Source: Gammaproteobacteria bacterium (GTDB lineage Bacteria > Pseudomonadota > Gammaproteobacteria > JABHGC01). From it: 64,000 nucleotides of DNA. This document shows, one piece after another, positions 9,245-19,710 of the stretch. The notes beneath the pieces were generated by a model. It was not told the DNA's origin, did no database searches, and was given only the letters and a program-made list of their open reading frames with translations. A program made the position numbers and the translations under genes. Every line of letters begins with the position of its first letter. Positions within the stretch are counted from its first letter, which is position 1. The stretch is taken from positions 73,234 through 137,233 of the forward strand of contig JALWTS010000041.1 of NCBI GenBank assembly GCA_027077805.1. The letters run 5' to 3'.

Positions 9245-10695
9245 GAATTTTTGATTGTCCATACGATATCTAATTCTCGTGCTGCTTTTACTTCATCTAA
9301 TCGTTTCACAGGCAAATGATAAGGGGCATTTTTAACGATTTTAGGTTGCTGTTTTGCCTCGTTATTAATAGTAATTAGCGCATTGATAAAGCCATCAATC
9401 TCCTGTTTGGTTTCAGTTTCAGTCGGTTCAATTAACAAACATTCTGGTACTAATAAAGGAAAATAGGTGGTTGGTGCATGATAGTTGTAGTCTAGCAAAC
9501 GTTTGGCAAAATCAATGGTATGTACCCCAAATTCTTTGGCTTGACGTTTGAGTGTCACAATACATTCATGACTGGCCCGACGTTCAGGAAAGGCCAAATC
9601 AAAACCTGCTTGTTGTAGTTTTACCATTAAATAATTGGCATTTAAACAAGAAAACTCTGCCACTCGAGTCATGCCTTCGCCACCTAATAATCTAGCATAA
9701 ATATAGGCGCGTAATAAAATCCCTGAATTGCCAGCAAAGGTAGTCAAACGTCCAATGGTTTGTGGATGCTGTTGTTCCGTAATCCAAGTATATTCCTCAC
9801 CATTATAATCCACCATAGGCACAGGTAAAAACGGCATTAAGGCTTTGACCACACCCACAGGCCCTGCCCCAGGCCCACCACCGCCATGTGGGGTTGAGAA
9901 GGTTTTATGTAAATTAATATGTACAATATCAAAGCCCATTTCTCTAGGTCTGACTTTGGCTAAAATCGCATTAAGATTGGCACCATCATAATATAATAAG
10001 CCTCCCACTTGATGCACCATAGCAGAAATCTCAGTGATTTGCCGTTCAAATACCCCTAAAGTTGAGGGATTAGTCAACATAATCCCTGCGGTTTTATCAC
10101 TAAGGGAATGTTGTAGTTGTTCTAAATCAACATCGCCATCCGCATTGCTTGGAATTTCTTTGACTTTAAAGCCACACATTACTGCTGACGCAGGATTCGT
10201 TCCATGTGCCGCATCTGGGACTAAGATTTCATTGCGTTGCTCGCCTTCACCTCTGGCTTGATGATAGGCTTTAATCATGGCAACCCCCGCAAATTCGCCT
10301 TGTGCACCTGCCGCAGGTGTTAATGATATACCATCCATGCCTGTTACCGTTTTTAGTATTTGTTGCAAATCATATAAACACGCCATCCAACCTTGATGAA
10401 AACTGGCATCAGCTAAGGGATGAGCAGAAGCAAATTCAGGTAAATTCGCCAAAGTATGACAAACTTTGGGATTATACTTCATGGTACAAGAACCCAAAGG
10501 ATAAAATTGGGTATCAATGGAAAAATTCTTTTGGGATAAACGAGTATAATGCCTTACGACTTGCAATTCAGACACGTCAGGTAAACCAATTTTAGAGGTA
10601 CGCAAAGCATCACTAGGTAAATCGGTTGCGGGTATTGCTACTGGTTTGACATTTAAACCTGAACGCCCCGCCTGAGATTGTTCAAAAATTAACAT
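9241..10695 (-). CDS. gcvPB: Glycine dehydrogenase (decarboxylating) subunit 2
   Basis: 484 aa. Typical split P-protein beta subunit sequence (…SCTMKYNPK…; PLP-dependent). It is adjacent to gcvPA. Confidence 0.9.
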   Translation of the reverse strand: MLIFEQSQAGRSGLNVKPVAIPATDLPSDALRTSKIGLPDVSELQVVRHYTRLSQKNFSIDTQFYPLGSCTMKYNPKVCHTLANLPEFASAHPLADASFHQGWMACLYDLQQILKTVTGMDGISLTPAAGAQGEFAGVAMIKAYHQARGEGEQRNEILVPDAAHGTNPASAVMCGFKVKEIPSNADGDVDLEQLQHSLSDKTAGIMLTNPSTLGVFERQITEISAMVHQVGGLLYYDGANLNAILAKVRPREMGFDIVHINLHKTFSTPHGGGGPGAGPVGVVKALMPFLPVPMVDYNGEEYTWITEQQHPQTIGRLTTFAGNSGILLRAYIYARLLGGEGMTRVAEFSCLNANYLMVKLQQAGFDLAFPERRASHECIVTLKRQAKEFGVHTIDFAKRLLDYNYHAPTTYFPLLVPECLLIEPTETETKQEIDGFINALITINNEAKQQPKIVKNAPYHLPVKRLDEVKAARELDIVWTIKNS

Positions 10696-10719
10696 AATTT
10701 TCGTTTCTTTTAATTATCG

Positions 10720-12123
10720 TTATGATTTTGCCTGAACAGGACAAGGATTGATTGCTTGCTGTTCAATAATCCGTTTGACATGAGCAACATATTGGGTAAT
10801 ATCTTGTTCCGTTTTGGTTTCCGTTGCACAGACTAATAAACAATTTTCAAGTTTAGGATAAAATTCGGCTAACACCAAGCCAGCAATAATACCTTGTGCT
10901 TGTAAGGCACGCATAATCACTTGTAATGGGAATTGAAATGCTAATACGGCTTCATGGAAAAATGGCGAAGCAAATTTCAAATCAATGCCATCAATAGCGG
11001 TTAATTGCTCAACTAATTGTCGGGTCCGTTGATGACAAGTCCCCGCTGTATTAATTAAGCCTTGATCGCCCATTAACGCCATATAAATTGTTGCGGCTGT
11101 TACCATTAAACCTTGATTGGTACAAATATTAGAAGTTGCTTTAGCTCGACGAATATGTTGTTCTCTGGCTTGTAAAGTTAAGGTATAAGCTATTTTGCCT
11201 TGTTGATCGACAGTGCGTCCCACAATTCGTCCGGGTAATTGTCGTAAATAGGGTTTTTGACAACATAAAAAACCAAAATACGGCCCACCTAAGGATAAGG
11301 GAATCCCAAAAGGCTGCCCCTCACCACACACAATATCAGCCCCTTTATCACCCCATTCACCCGCAGGTTTTAATAAAGCCATTGCCATAGGATTCACCAC
11401 GGCAATCACCAAACTTTTATGTTGATGAGCCCAATTGGTAATCTCATCGACTGATTCTAATACTCCAAAAAAATTTGGCTGAGGAATGACTACTGCGGTA
11501 ATATCTTGATCTTGATACGCTGCTAACGCATTATTATCAAATTTACCAGTATGAACATCATAAGCTAACTGAACAATTTCAATCCCTTGATGAGCGACAA
11601 TACTATTTGCCACTTGAGAATAGTGAGGATGTAAACTGCCCGCAATTAGAATTTTATTGGATTTAGATTTAGAACGGCGATGACACCGCACTGCCATCAA
11701 TATTGCTTCCGCTAAAGCCGAAGCACCATCATATAAAGAGGCATTAGAGGCATCCATTGCCGTTAATTTTGCCATCATAGATTGATATTCATAAATTAAC
11801 TGCAAAATCCCTTGACTGGCTTCTGCTTGATAAGGCGTGTAAGCACTATAAAACTCACCCCGACTCGCAATTTGCCACACTGCCGCAGGAATGTAATGCT
11901 CATAAGCCCCTGCACCTAAAAATGATAAATTATAACTATCTTGTTTGGCACGTTGTTTTAATAATTGACTGACGTCTAATTCCGTTAAGCCTTGAGGTAG
12001 GTCTGAAAAATCTACCCCTTTTAATTGCTCTGGCACTTCCGAAAATAAATCATCAATATTATCAACACCGATGACTGCCAACATTTGTTCAATATCATCT
12101 GAGGTATGAGGAATAAATGGCAT
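10720..12123 (-). CDS. gcvPA: Glycine dehydrogenase (decarboxylating) subunit 1
   Basis: 467 aa N-terminal P-protein subunit. Its start ATG overlaps the gcvH stop (TAATG). Confidence 0.9.
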   Translation of the reverse strand: MPFIPHTSDDIEQMLAVIGVDNIDDLFSEVPEQLKGVDFSDLPQGLTELDVSQLLKQRAKQDSYNLSFLGAGAYEHYIPAAVWQIASRGEFYSAYTPYQAEASQGILQLIYEYQSMMAKLTAMDASNASLYDGASALAEAILMAVRCHRRSKSKSNKILIAGSLHPHYSQVANSIVAHQGIEIVQLAYDVHTGKFDNNALAAYQDQDITAVVIPQPNFFGVLESVDEITNWAHQHKSLVIAVVNPMAMALLKPAGEWGDKGADIVCGEGQPFGIPLSLGGPYFGFLCCQKPYLRQLPGRIVGRTVDQQGKIAYTLTLQAREQHIRRAKATSNICTNQGLMVTAATIYMALMGDQGLINTAGTCHQRTRQLVEQLTAIDGIDLKFASPFFHEAVLAFQFPLQVIMRALQAQGIIAGLVLAEFYPKLENCLLVCATETKTEQDITQYVAHVKRIIEQQAINPCPVQAKS

Positions 12124-12518
12124 TAGTCATCCTCTTGCTCAATCATCGCTTGATAATCTTCTACGGATAATAATTCATCCATATCTGCATCATTAGAAGG
12201 TTGAACTTTGTAAATCCAGCCTTGTTCAAAGGCCCCTTGGTTAATTAACTCTGGTTCCTCTTCTAAAACTTCATTGATCGCAACGACTTCACCACTGATA
12301 GGACTATAGACCTCCTCTGCGGTTTTTACGGATTCCAGTACCACACATTCCTCTTGAGTGTCAATAATCTGTCCCACTTCGGGTAAACGCACATAAACCA
12401 AATCACCCAATAAACCTTGAGCATGATCGGTAATTCCAATGGTAATCGTGCCATCCTCTTCAACTCTAACCCATTCATGGGTTTTAGTATATTTATAATC
12501 CGCAGGTAAATCGCTCAT
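12123..12518 (-). CDS. gcvH: Glycine cleavage system H protein (lipoyl carrier)
   Basis: 131 aa with the lipoyl-lysine motif ESVKTAEEVYSPISGEV. Confidence 0.9.
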   Translation of the reverse strand: MSDLPADYKYTKTHEWVRVEEDGTITIGITDHAQGLLGDLVYVRLPEVGQIIDTQEECVVLESVKTAEEVYSPISGEVVAINEVLEEEPELINQGAFEQGWIYKVQPSNDADMDELLSVEDYQAMIEQEDD

Positions 12519-12520
12519 TT

Positions 12521-13612
12521 CTAGTCCCTTTTGGTAATAAATGGTAGTTTAACAATGCTTACGGGCTGTAATTTGCCACGCATTTCAACTTGACAACTGC
12601 CTTGATCATAATCAGAAAGTCGGGCAAAGGCAATGGATTGCCCTAAACTCGGGGAAAAACTGCCACTGCTAATCATTCCTAAGAAATTATCATTGTTATC
12701 ATAAACCTTTTGCCCATGTCGCAATACGCCTTTCCCCTCAAATAATAGTCCATAACGTTTGGCGTATCGGCTTTGTTTTTTTGCCATTAAGGCTTGACGA
12801 CCAATAAATGCTCGATCGTCGGGTTGCCATGCCACTGTCCAAGTTAAACCTGACTCTAAAGGCGTAACCGTCTCATCCATATCTAAGCCATATAAATTCA
12901 TACCTGCTTCTAAGCGTAACGTATCTCTCGCTCCCAAACCACAGGGTGATACGCCTGCATCGGCAAGCTGTTGCCATAATCTCAGTGCTTGCTTATGAGG
13001 CAAAATAATTTCAAAGCCATCTTCGCCAGTATAACCTGTACGAGCGACTAAGCAATCCTCGCCCATGACACTATGGAAAGTTTTTAATTCCTTAGCCACA
13101 GTTCGTAGGCTTTGAGGCAAAAACGGCATGACGGCAGCGCTTGCTTGTGGTCCTTGTACGGCTATCATCGATAAATCTTGGCGTTCGATTACCTCAACCT
13201 TATAATTTATTGCTTGTTGCTGAATCCATGCGAAATCTTTTTCCCTAGTTCCTGCGTTGAGCACTAAACGATAAAAATCTGGGGAAAAAAAATAGGCAAT
13301 TAAATCATCAATCACCCCTGCATTTTCGTTAAGCATACAACTATATAAAGCCTGATTTGCCACCAGCTTTGCCACATCATTTGCCAATAAATAACGCAAA
13401 AAATCCTCACACTGGCGACCGTGCAAATCAATTATCGTCATATGTGATACATCAAACATACCATGATGTTTGCGTACTGCTTTATGTTCTTTAATTTGCG
13501 AACCATAGTTAATCGGCATTAACCAACCCGAAAAATCAAGCATTTTGCCGTTCATGGCCTTATGTAAATCATACAAAGCAGTTTTTTGCATTGAGCAACT
13601 CCATTGATGCAA
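12521..13612 (-). CDS. gcvT: Glycine cleavage system T protein (aminomethyltransferase)
   Basis: MQKTALYDLH…GWLMPINYGSQIKEH…GMFDVSHM…. The probable true start is the internal Met at about 13591. Confidence 0.9.
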   Translation of the reverse strand: MHQWSCSMQKTALYDLHKAMNGKMLDFSGWLMPINYGSQIKEHKAVRKHHGMFDVSHMTIIDLHGRQCEDFLRYLLANDVAKLVANQALYSCMLNENAGVIDDLIAYFFSPDFYRLVLNAGTREKDFAWIQQQAINYKVEVIERQDLSMIAVQGPQASAAVMPFLPQSLRTVAKELKTFHSVMGEDCLVARTGYTGEDGFEIILPHKQALRLWQQLADAGVSPCGLGARDTLRLEAGMNLYGLDMDETVTPLESGLTWTVAWQPDDRAFIGRQALMAKKQSRYAKRYGLLFEGKGVLRHGQKVYDNNDNFLGMISSGSFSPSLGQSIAFARLSDYDQGSCQVEMRGKLQPVSIVKLPFITKRD

Positions 13613-13653
13613 TAAAACACACTATTATTAGCAAAGTTTACCGTGATTCAAGA

Positions 13654-14526
13654 CTAGATTTTATACGATTTTTTTGTTGGCAAGTCTAAATTAAATGATT
13701 GAGGATTAAAACCAAAATCATTACTAGCAGGCTGATGTTCAAAAGTCATATCCTGATTCATACGTTCTGCCATTGCTACGGTCCAATGGCGATACCTTGG
13801 TAATAAATGTAAAAAAAACAATGCCAAGCGAAAAATCCCCAAAGGAATGGTTAAGATTCTAGGTTGACATTTTAATGCTAAAAAAACCCGTTCAACCATT
13901 TGCCGATAACTTAAGATTTCAGCCCCCGAAAGATTATAACTCTGATTTTTTATGGTTTTAGTTGTTAATGCTAAATAACAAGCCATTGCTACATCTTTGG
14001 CATAAACAGGTTGCCGTAAACCTTTCGCTTGACCCAATACAGGAAAAAAACCAAACTTATTAATAAAATTCGCCATGGCAGTAATATTTTTATCCTTACC
14101 CAAATCATAAATCAATGTTGGGCGTAAAATAAGCCATGCTACCTTGGACAAAATTGCTTGTTGTTGCAATTGTTGTTCCCCATTGATTAAACGCTGCACA
14201 ATTTGTTGTTCCGTTGAACTAGACGAATCAACTTTGGTAAAACGACTGGTCGATGATACGACCACAATACGCGTCATACCTGAGGCTAATAACCAATCAA
14301 AATAATCTGCCAATAACCATATTGGCGCTACCCATAACCAATCATTGATTTTAGGCTGTAGTGCGGTATTCATTGGAATTTGTTGCCAGTTAATATTAGG
14401 CGTATTTTTTTGCGGTGCTTTTCTAGAACAAGCAATGATTTGATAATTATTGGCAACTAGTATGGGTAATAAATGTTGTCCTACTAAACTGGTGGCACCG
14501 ACTACGCCTATATGATTATGTGGCAT
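13654..14526 (-). CDS. NAD(P)-binding Rossmann-fold protein (atypical SDR / epimerase-dehydratase-like)
   Basis: N-terminal IGVVGATSLVGQHLLPIL dinucleotide-binding motif. 290 aa. Confidence 0.45.
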   Translation of the reverse strand: MPHNHIGVVGATSLVGQHLLPILVANNYQIIACSRKAPQKNTPNINWQQIPMNTALQPKINDWLWVAPIWLLADYFDWLLASGMTRIVVVSSTSRFTKVDSSSSTEQQIVQRLINGEQQLQQQAILSKVAWLILRPTLIYDLGKDKNITAMANFINKFGFFPVLGQAKGLRQPVYAKDVAMACYLALTTKTIKNQSYNLSGAEILSYRQMVERVFLALKCQPRILTIPLGIFRLALFFLHLLPRYRHWTVAMAERMNQDMTFEHQPASNDFGFNPQSFNLDLPTKKSYKI

Positions 14527-14862
14527 CTAACTTGCCACCAATACACTCGCAATAGCTGAAACTTGTTCAATCACGACATCAGCAGTCGTTTCAATAAACT
14601 GACTATTACGTTGTATATAATCAATTGATTTTAATTGATAAACCAGAATTGCACCTTTTGTTTGTAAATTAGCAGGTAACACAACCTCTAATTGAATATT
14701 TCTAATCGTATGAGTAATTGGTGCAACAATTGCCATTTTAGTATGTTCATTAAACATTTTTTTGGAAATTACAAAGGCAGGTCGTCGTTTAATAATTTCT
14801 TTACCACTACTAGGATCAAAGTTTCACCAAATAATATCGCCTTGTTCAGGAATATAACTCAT
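14527..14862 (-). pseudogene. mazF: mazF/pemK-family toxin gene interrupted by an in-frame TGA (codon 13)
   Basis: Minus-strand ATG at 14862-14860 overlaps the mazE stop (ATGA). Translation is MSYIPEQGDIIW*NFDPSSGKEIIKRRPAFVISKKMFNEHTKMAIVAPIT…, which aligns to MazF (…GDLIWVDFDP…) over 111 codons. The stop is TGA at 14826-14824. The ORF track only recovers the downstream 76-aa piece. Confidence 0.6.
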
Positions 14863-15116
14863 AGGATTTCTTTACCTATTGCTTGCTGGTTTAGCCACTG
14901 CTTATCCTCATCAGTAAACTGCAAATTTTCTTTAGGCGTATTAGCTAATAACTCTTCTAAAGTTAGTGTTGGCTTGGCAGGCGTTAAAATAATTTGATTA
15001 TCTTGAACCGTAATATTCACACAAGAACCCACATTTAAATTTAGTGCGGATAAAATCGTTCTGGGAATACTAATAATATTAGCACCACCTGATTGACGAA
15101 TTACTGCCTGAATCAT
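14859..15116 (-). CDS. mazE: MazE/PemI-family antitoxin (AbrB/SpoVT-type)
   Basis: MIQAVIRQSGGANIISIPRTILSALNLNVGSCVNI…TLEELLANTPKENL aligns with E. coli MazE ([33 protein letters not shown]…TLAELVNDITPENL). Confidence 0.7.
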   Translation of the reverse strand: MIQAVIRQSGGANIISIPRTILSALNLNVGSCVNITVQDNQIILTPAKPTLTLEELLANTPKENLQFTDEDKQWLNQQAIGKEIL

Positions 15117-15202
15117 TGCGAATCTCCATCTAATATCAATTTAAAGTTATACTTTAGTATATGGTACAATAAAGAAGCTATTACTAAAAACAAACATCTA
15201 AT

Positions 15203-16075
15203 TTATTTACTCAAACGCAAACTATAATAAATCGCAATCAAGCTAAACCGCAACCAAACCCCAACCGCAACCCAACCCATTAAACCCCAAGAATATTGTT
15301 GTCGAAAAAACTTGCGATAAAAACGCATCATACCTTTATGTTTATGCCATTCCACAAAAATAGGGCGTGATTTACTACAAACGCCTAAAGCATGGGTAAC
15401 TTTAGCATCAGGCACAAATAGGATTTTCCAGCCCTTTTGCCAAAAACGTAGACACCAATCTAAATCTTCACAATGCAAAAAATAGCCTTCGTCCCAAAGT
15501 CCAACCTCAGTAATCGCCTCAGATTTCACCAACATACAAGCCCCTGAAATCGCCTCGACTTCTATTGGCTTTTTAGGTAATGGTTGTTGATGTAAATGAA
15601 AATCAAAAAATAATTTAGGCCAATATTTTGCGAAACGGTAGAAACCAAAGGCTCGTACTAATGAACGCCAAGGCGTTGGAATCGCACGTCGTCCGCCACC
15701 TTGTTCCGAACCATCAGCATTTAATAATAAAGCACCGACCATACCAATTTTATTATCTGAATCTAAAATTTGGCTTAACTGTTTAATAGTATTGGTTTCT
15801 AAACGACAATCAGGGTTTAAAAATAATAACTGCTTGGTTTTTGCTTGCTTAATACCAATATTACAGGCAGTGGCAAATCCTAAATTTTCAGCATTACGAA
15901 TAATAGTCAGTTTCGCTTCTTGTGGAAACTGTTGTTCACACAAGGCTAAACTGTTATCGTCTGAGGCATTATCAACAATAATAATTTGCCTTACTTGGGT
16001 TAAAATACTGGCAATACACTCCACCAGAAATTGACCCGCATTATAATTAACAATAATTACCGTAATCATACACAA
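15203..16075 (-). CDS. Family 2 glycosyltransferase
   Basis: ITVIIVNYNAGQFLVECIASIL…IIVDNASDDNS is a GT-A DxD-type N-terminus. Confidence 0.7.
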   Translation of the reverse strand: MCMITVIIVNYNAGQFLVECIASILTQVRQIIIVDNASDDNSLALCEQQFPQEAKLTIIRNAENLGFATACNIGIKQAKTKQLLFLNPDCRLETNTIKQLSQILDSDNKIGMVGALLLNADGSEQGGGRRAIPTPWRSLVRAFGFYRFAKYWPKLFFDFHLHQQPLPKKPIEVEAISGACMLVKSEAITEVGLWDEGYFLHCEDLDWCLRFWQKGWKILFVPDAKVTHALGVCSKSRPIFVEWHKHKGMMRFYRKFFRQQYSWGLMGWVAVGVWLRFSLIAIYYSLRLSK

Positions 16076-16179
16076 TAAGCTCTCTATTAATTCTATGACG
16101 ATGGAAATTCATATGTCTATAATTTTTAATTGTTTTAGGAATTATAATGATCGATATTTGCTATTATTGTTCTTAAATG

Positions 16180-17361
16180 TTATACGTCACTAACAATTTT
16201 TTTGTAAATATCATTAACCATTTCAGCACTTTGTTCAATTGAAAAAATTTTTTCAGCCCAAATCTTGGCATTATTTCCCAAGTATTGCCGTAAATCAGTA
16301 TTAGTAATCAATTCTTCTAAAACATCTGCTAATAAAATTGGATCAGGTGACTCAATTGCGATTCCTGTTTGGTTATGGATAATCGCGTCAGGTAAAGGTG
16401 ATGATACAGCTACTACGCTAGGAATGCCATATAAAGCAGCTTCAAATACAGGACGACCTGCTGTATTCAAATAAGAAGGAAAAGCTAAAATATCAATTTC
16501 TGCATAAATTTGATGAACATCCGCTACAAAACCTCTTAATTCAATAAAATCTTCTAAATCATATTGTTGAATTTTCTTAGTTATTTCAGATTTTACATCT
16601 TCGGCAAAACCCAATTGTTTTAACAAATATGCTTTTAATCCCACCAAATAACGTACATTTTCACCTACAATTAAAAGCTTAACTGATAATTTACGCTCCT
16701 TCACCAATATTCTAACTGCCTCAATTAATTCATAAATCCCCCTAAAACGTAACAAATTTCCTAAAAAGCCAACACAGACAACAGCATTTGTTGATACAAA
16801 TTGGGGCTTATTGACATAAAGACCATTATGAATAATCTTTAGTGGTAAAGCAGCGAATAAAGTACAAGCCACACTTTGATCAATTGCAATGACCGCATCG
16901 GCATATTGTTTTAATAATCGATTAATAATTTTTGTTCTTAAAATTGCCTTATTGCTATTTAACTGCACAGAACGGACATGAACAACTAATGGAATTTTTA
17001 ATAACCATTTAGCCAATAAACCAATAGGCAACAAAGTTATCTCATTTAAATGGATTAAATCGAACGATTGTTTTTTTAATTGCCATAACGCCAATAAACT
17101 ATAGGGTAAAAAAAATAATTCTCGAAACAAAATAATCCAACGTAATCCTCGATAATATCCATAACGAGTATGATCAAATTGGCTTAAACCTTTTACAGGA
17201 AAAATATTTAACCCAACTTCAACAAATGCTTGGCAAACAGCGCCCTTTGGTGTAACGACAGTTCCATTGACATTAAATTTTCTCAATAATTTAAACAATT
17301 CAATCAAACTTTTAGCGGCACCACCATAAACAGAAGCTGGATGGAAATATAATACGTTCAC
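16180..17361 (-). CDS. Family 4 (group 1) glycosyltransferase
   Basis: 393 aa with a GT-B C-terminal motif (…GRPVFEAALYGIPSVV…). Confidence 0.6.
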   Translation of the reverse strand: MNVLYFHPASVYGGAAKSLIELFKLLRKFNVNGTVVTPKGAVCQAFVEVGLNIFPVKGLSQFDHTRYGYYRGLRWIILFRELFFLPYSLLALWQLKKQSFDLIHLNEITLLPIGLLAKWLLKIPLVVHVRSVQLNSNKAILRTKIINRLLKQYADAVIAIDQSVACTLFAALPLKIIHNGLYVNKPQFVSTNAVVCVGFLGNLLRFRGIYELIEAVRILVKERKLSVKLLIVGENVRYLVGLKAYLLKQLGFAEDVKSEITKKIQQYDLEDFIELRGFVADVHQIYAEIDILAFPSYLNTAGRPVFEAALYGIPSVVAVSSPLPDAIIHNQTGIAIESPDPILLADVLEELITNTDLRQYLGNNAKIWAEKIFSIEQSAEMVNDIYKKIVSDV

Positions 17362-17638
17362 AATAGCCTTTAATAAATCAATAACCTTTAAGTTGTTTAA
17401 TAAAAAAATATTAGATTGAAACCAAAAACTTCATTAATTCTCTTTCTAAATGTCCAGAAATTAGATTTGCATAACTCACAGTAATATAGTGAGAATCTCG
17501 CCATACAATAACATTATTAGATTAGGTAGTAGTTTCCATATAGCAATAACCAGTACTAAAAATATTACTTTTTAGTACATTCAATAGCATAAGTTTTTAT
17601 TTTAGGCACATTATCATTGACAAACATTATGATAACAA

Positions 17639-19693
17639 CTAGTTATTTCCTTTCCAGGAACTAACTAAGCCCTGAATGTGACTATCACCATCAAAATTAA
17701 CTTTCTGCATCGTCAATAAACTTGAGCTTTTTATTAATTTCGGATAGATCAATAACATCATGTTATAAGCACCCCTAATCGACAAATGGTGATGATCACG
17801 ATAGTATACCTGCCCAACTTTGTCAAAAAACATACACTGCTCGTTGGGACACTGAACATCACGGACAGAAACATAGTTATTGGTTAGACTCTGTAATTTT
17901 TTAGCATAATCCAACTCTTTACGCACAGATTTCATATTAGGTTGACATATTTTATTAAGCCATTCATCTGAAATCACGAAATTAGGAACAGCCCTGCATT
18001 GCGCAATCAACGTATTTGGACGAATAAAATCTTCAAGATATATGGCTTGATGCCCCATTGCTTCTAGTTTAGATAAATGTTGATTTATAATAGGTGCAAC
18101 AAGTTCTGGTTTATCACGCTTGGCACTAGTAATTATAACAACTGCAGGCTTAGTTAGCGTAGACATCCACAACAATACTGACTTATTGCGTTCAATACAT
18201 TGCTGAGTTAAATCGGGTCGTTTAAACTCCCTGATCAACCCATTAAAACCACTTTGTGGTGTGCAACCATTTTGATAAGCAACTAACACATTTGAATCTG
18301 GAAATAATTCTACGAATCCAGCCACAAGATGCAAAGCATGACTATCACCCCAAAGGATAATATCAAGTGAACCATCTCTATGGGTAGCACAAGTAAATAA
18401 ATCACTAGGATATTTTTCACTTGGTGCCCCAGTGCAATAGTTTTTAATTTCAAGTTGTCGCCAATCACGATTGGCCAAATTTATTCGATAGTCAGGTATT
18501 CTGTCTGGAATATGGGATAAAACCACAATAAACAAAACAATACCCATCATTGCCAATGGAAATGTCAATTGGAGCAAGCAATCCTTAAAAGATGTTGCTT
18601 TGTGTGTCCAAATAGACGCATAACGCAATGGAGTTTCAATTGTTTTATTTAAAACAACCGCCATAAACAGCATAGCCCAAAAAAGCAAAATTTGGTCGAT
18701 ATTATCAAGCTCTAAACCATATAGTGCTTTGTAATAAACAATTAATGGCCAATGAACAAGATATAACGAATAGCTTATTTTTCCCAAAAATATGACCACT
18801 CGATGTTCAAATACAATTCTTGCAATAATTGATGCCGCACCTGAAAAAATCATGAGTCCTGCACCAACTGCAGGGAAAAGTGCATTATAATAGGGAAAAA
18901 GGCTGTGCTCATTAAGTAACATTGCAGGTGCAATACATAAAACTAATCCAAGCAAAAAAATAGTATTACCCAGTGTTTTTTTACTTTCTGACAATAAATT
19001 TGGTAAGTAAGCTAATAACGCACCTATACCAAATTCAAAAATACGAAATGGGAACCAGTAAAAGGATGTTGATACACCATCTCTAAAATTTGACATTACT
19101 CCTGTTGAGGATGTGATGTATGACATCACAGTTGTTTCAATTACTAACAGATTAAGTAAAAATGATATCATTGATGCTATCAAAACAGCAATTAACACGC
19201 CATAACGTCCCCAAAAACGATAGGAGAAATACAAAACGAAAGGCCAAAATAGGTAAAATTGTTCCTCAACTCCCAAAGACCATAAATGTAGCAAGGGCTT
19301 AGTTGCAGCAGTAGCATCAAAATAACCGACTTGTGACCAAAAATATATATTAGCCAAACTGAAAATTGAAAAAATACTAGAATCAATCAGATTGCTAAAT
19401 TGTTCATTAGAAAATAATAAGAAACCAACTAATACTGACACTAATACTGTAACAGCCATAGCAGGAAACAAGCGTCTAGCTCTACGCCAATAAAAAGCAG
19501 AAAATCTTATGTTGCCTTGCTCACATTGATCAAGTAATATTTTAGATATTAGAAAACCACTAATAACAAAAAAAATATCAACACCCACAAAACCACCTGG
19601 TAGTAAAGATACGTCTAAATGAGTAGCAATGACCAGTAAAACGGCAAGTGCTCTCATACCATCAATAAATATTAAATATTTCATAATTACCAA
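17639..19693 (-). CDS. Acyltransferase family 3 (OafA-like O-acetyltransferase) with a C-terminal SGNH domain
   Basis: 684 aa. The N-terminal 10-TM acyl_transf_3 pattern is present (…IFIDGMRALAVLLVIATHL…). The C-terminal approximately 300-aa soluble domain is typical of OafA/YrhL glycan O-acetyltransferases. Confidence 0.7.
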   Translation of the reverse strand: MVIMKYLIFIDGMRALAVLLVIATHLDVSLLPGGFVGVDIFFVISGFLISKILLDQCEQGNIRFSAFYWRRARRLFPAMAVTVLVSVLVGFLLFSNEQFSNLIDSSIFSIFSLANIYFWSQVGYFDATAATKPLLHLWSLGVEEQFYLFWPFVLYFSYRFWGRYGVLIAVLIASMISFLLNLLVIETTVMSYITSSTGVMSNFRDGVSTSFYWFPFRIFEFGIGALLAYLPNLLSESKKTLGNTIFLLGLVLCIAPAMLLNEHSLFPYYNALFPAVGAGLMIFSGAASIIARIVFEHRVVIFLGKISYSLYLVHWPLIVYYKALYGLELDNIDQILLFWAMLFMAVVLNKTIETPLRYASIWTHKATSFKDCLLQLTFPLAMMGIVLFIVVLSHIPDRIPDYRINLANRDWRQLEIKNYCTGAPSEKYPSDLFTCATHRDGSLDIILWGDSHALHLVAGFVELFPDSNVLVAYQNGCTPQSGFNGLIREFKRPDLTQQCIERNKSVLLWMSTLTKPAVVIITSAKRDKPELVAPIINQHLSKLEAMGHQAIYLEDFIRPNTLIAQCRAVPNFVISDEWLNKICQPNMKSVRKELDYAKKLQSLTNNYVSVRDVQCPNEQCMFFDKVGQVYYRDHHHLSIRGAYNMMLLIYPKLIKSSSLLTMQKVNFDGDSHIQGLVSSWKGNN

Positions 19694-19710
19694 ACAATGT
19701 TCTACAGAAT

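Noticed and set aside
13613-13653. Expected glycine riboswitch upstream of gcvT
   Set aside because: Only 41 nt separate gcvT from the upstream co-directional gene, which is too short for a glycine aptamer. No GGAGAG…CACCG-type conserved motifs were seen.
17553-17578. 10-bp AT-only inverted repeat GTACTAAAAA…TTTTTAGTAC in the 277-nt spacer upstream of the GT4 gene
   Set aside because: There is no adjacent U-run on either strand, and in a 30% GC region AT palindromes of this size occur by chance. It could be an operator but there is no support.
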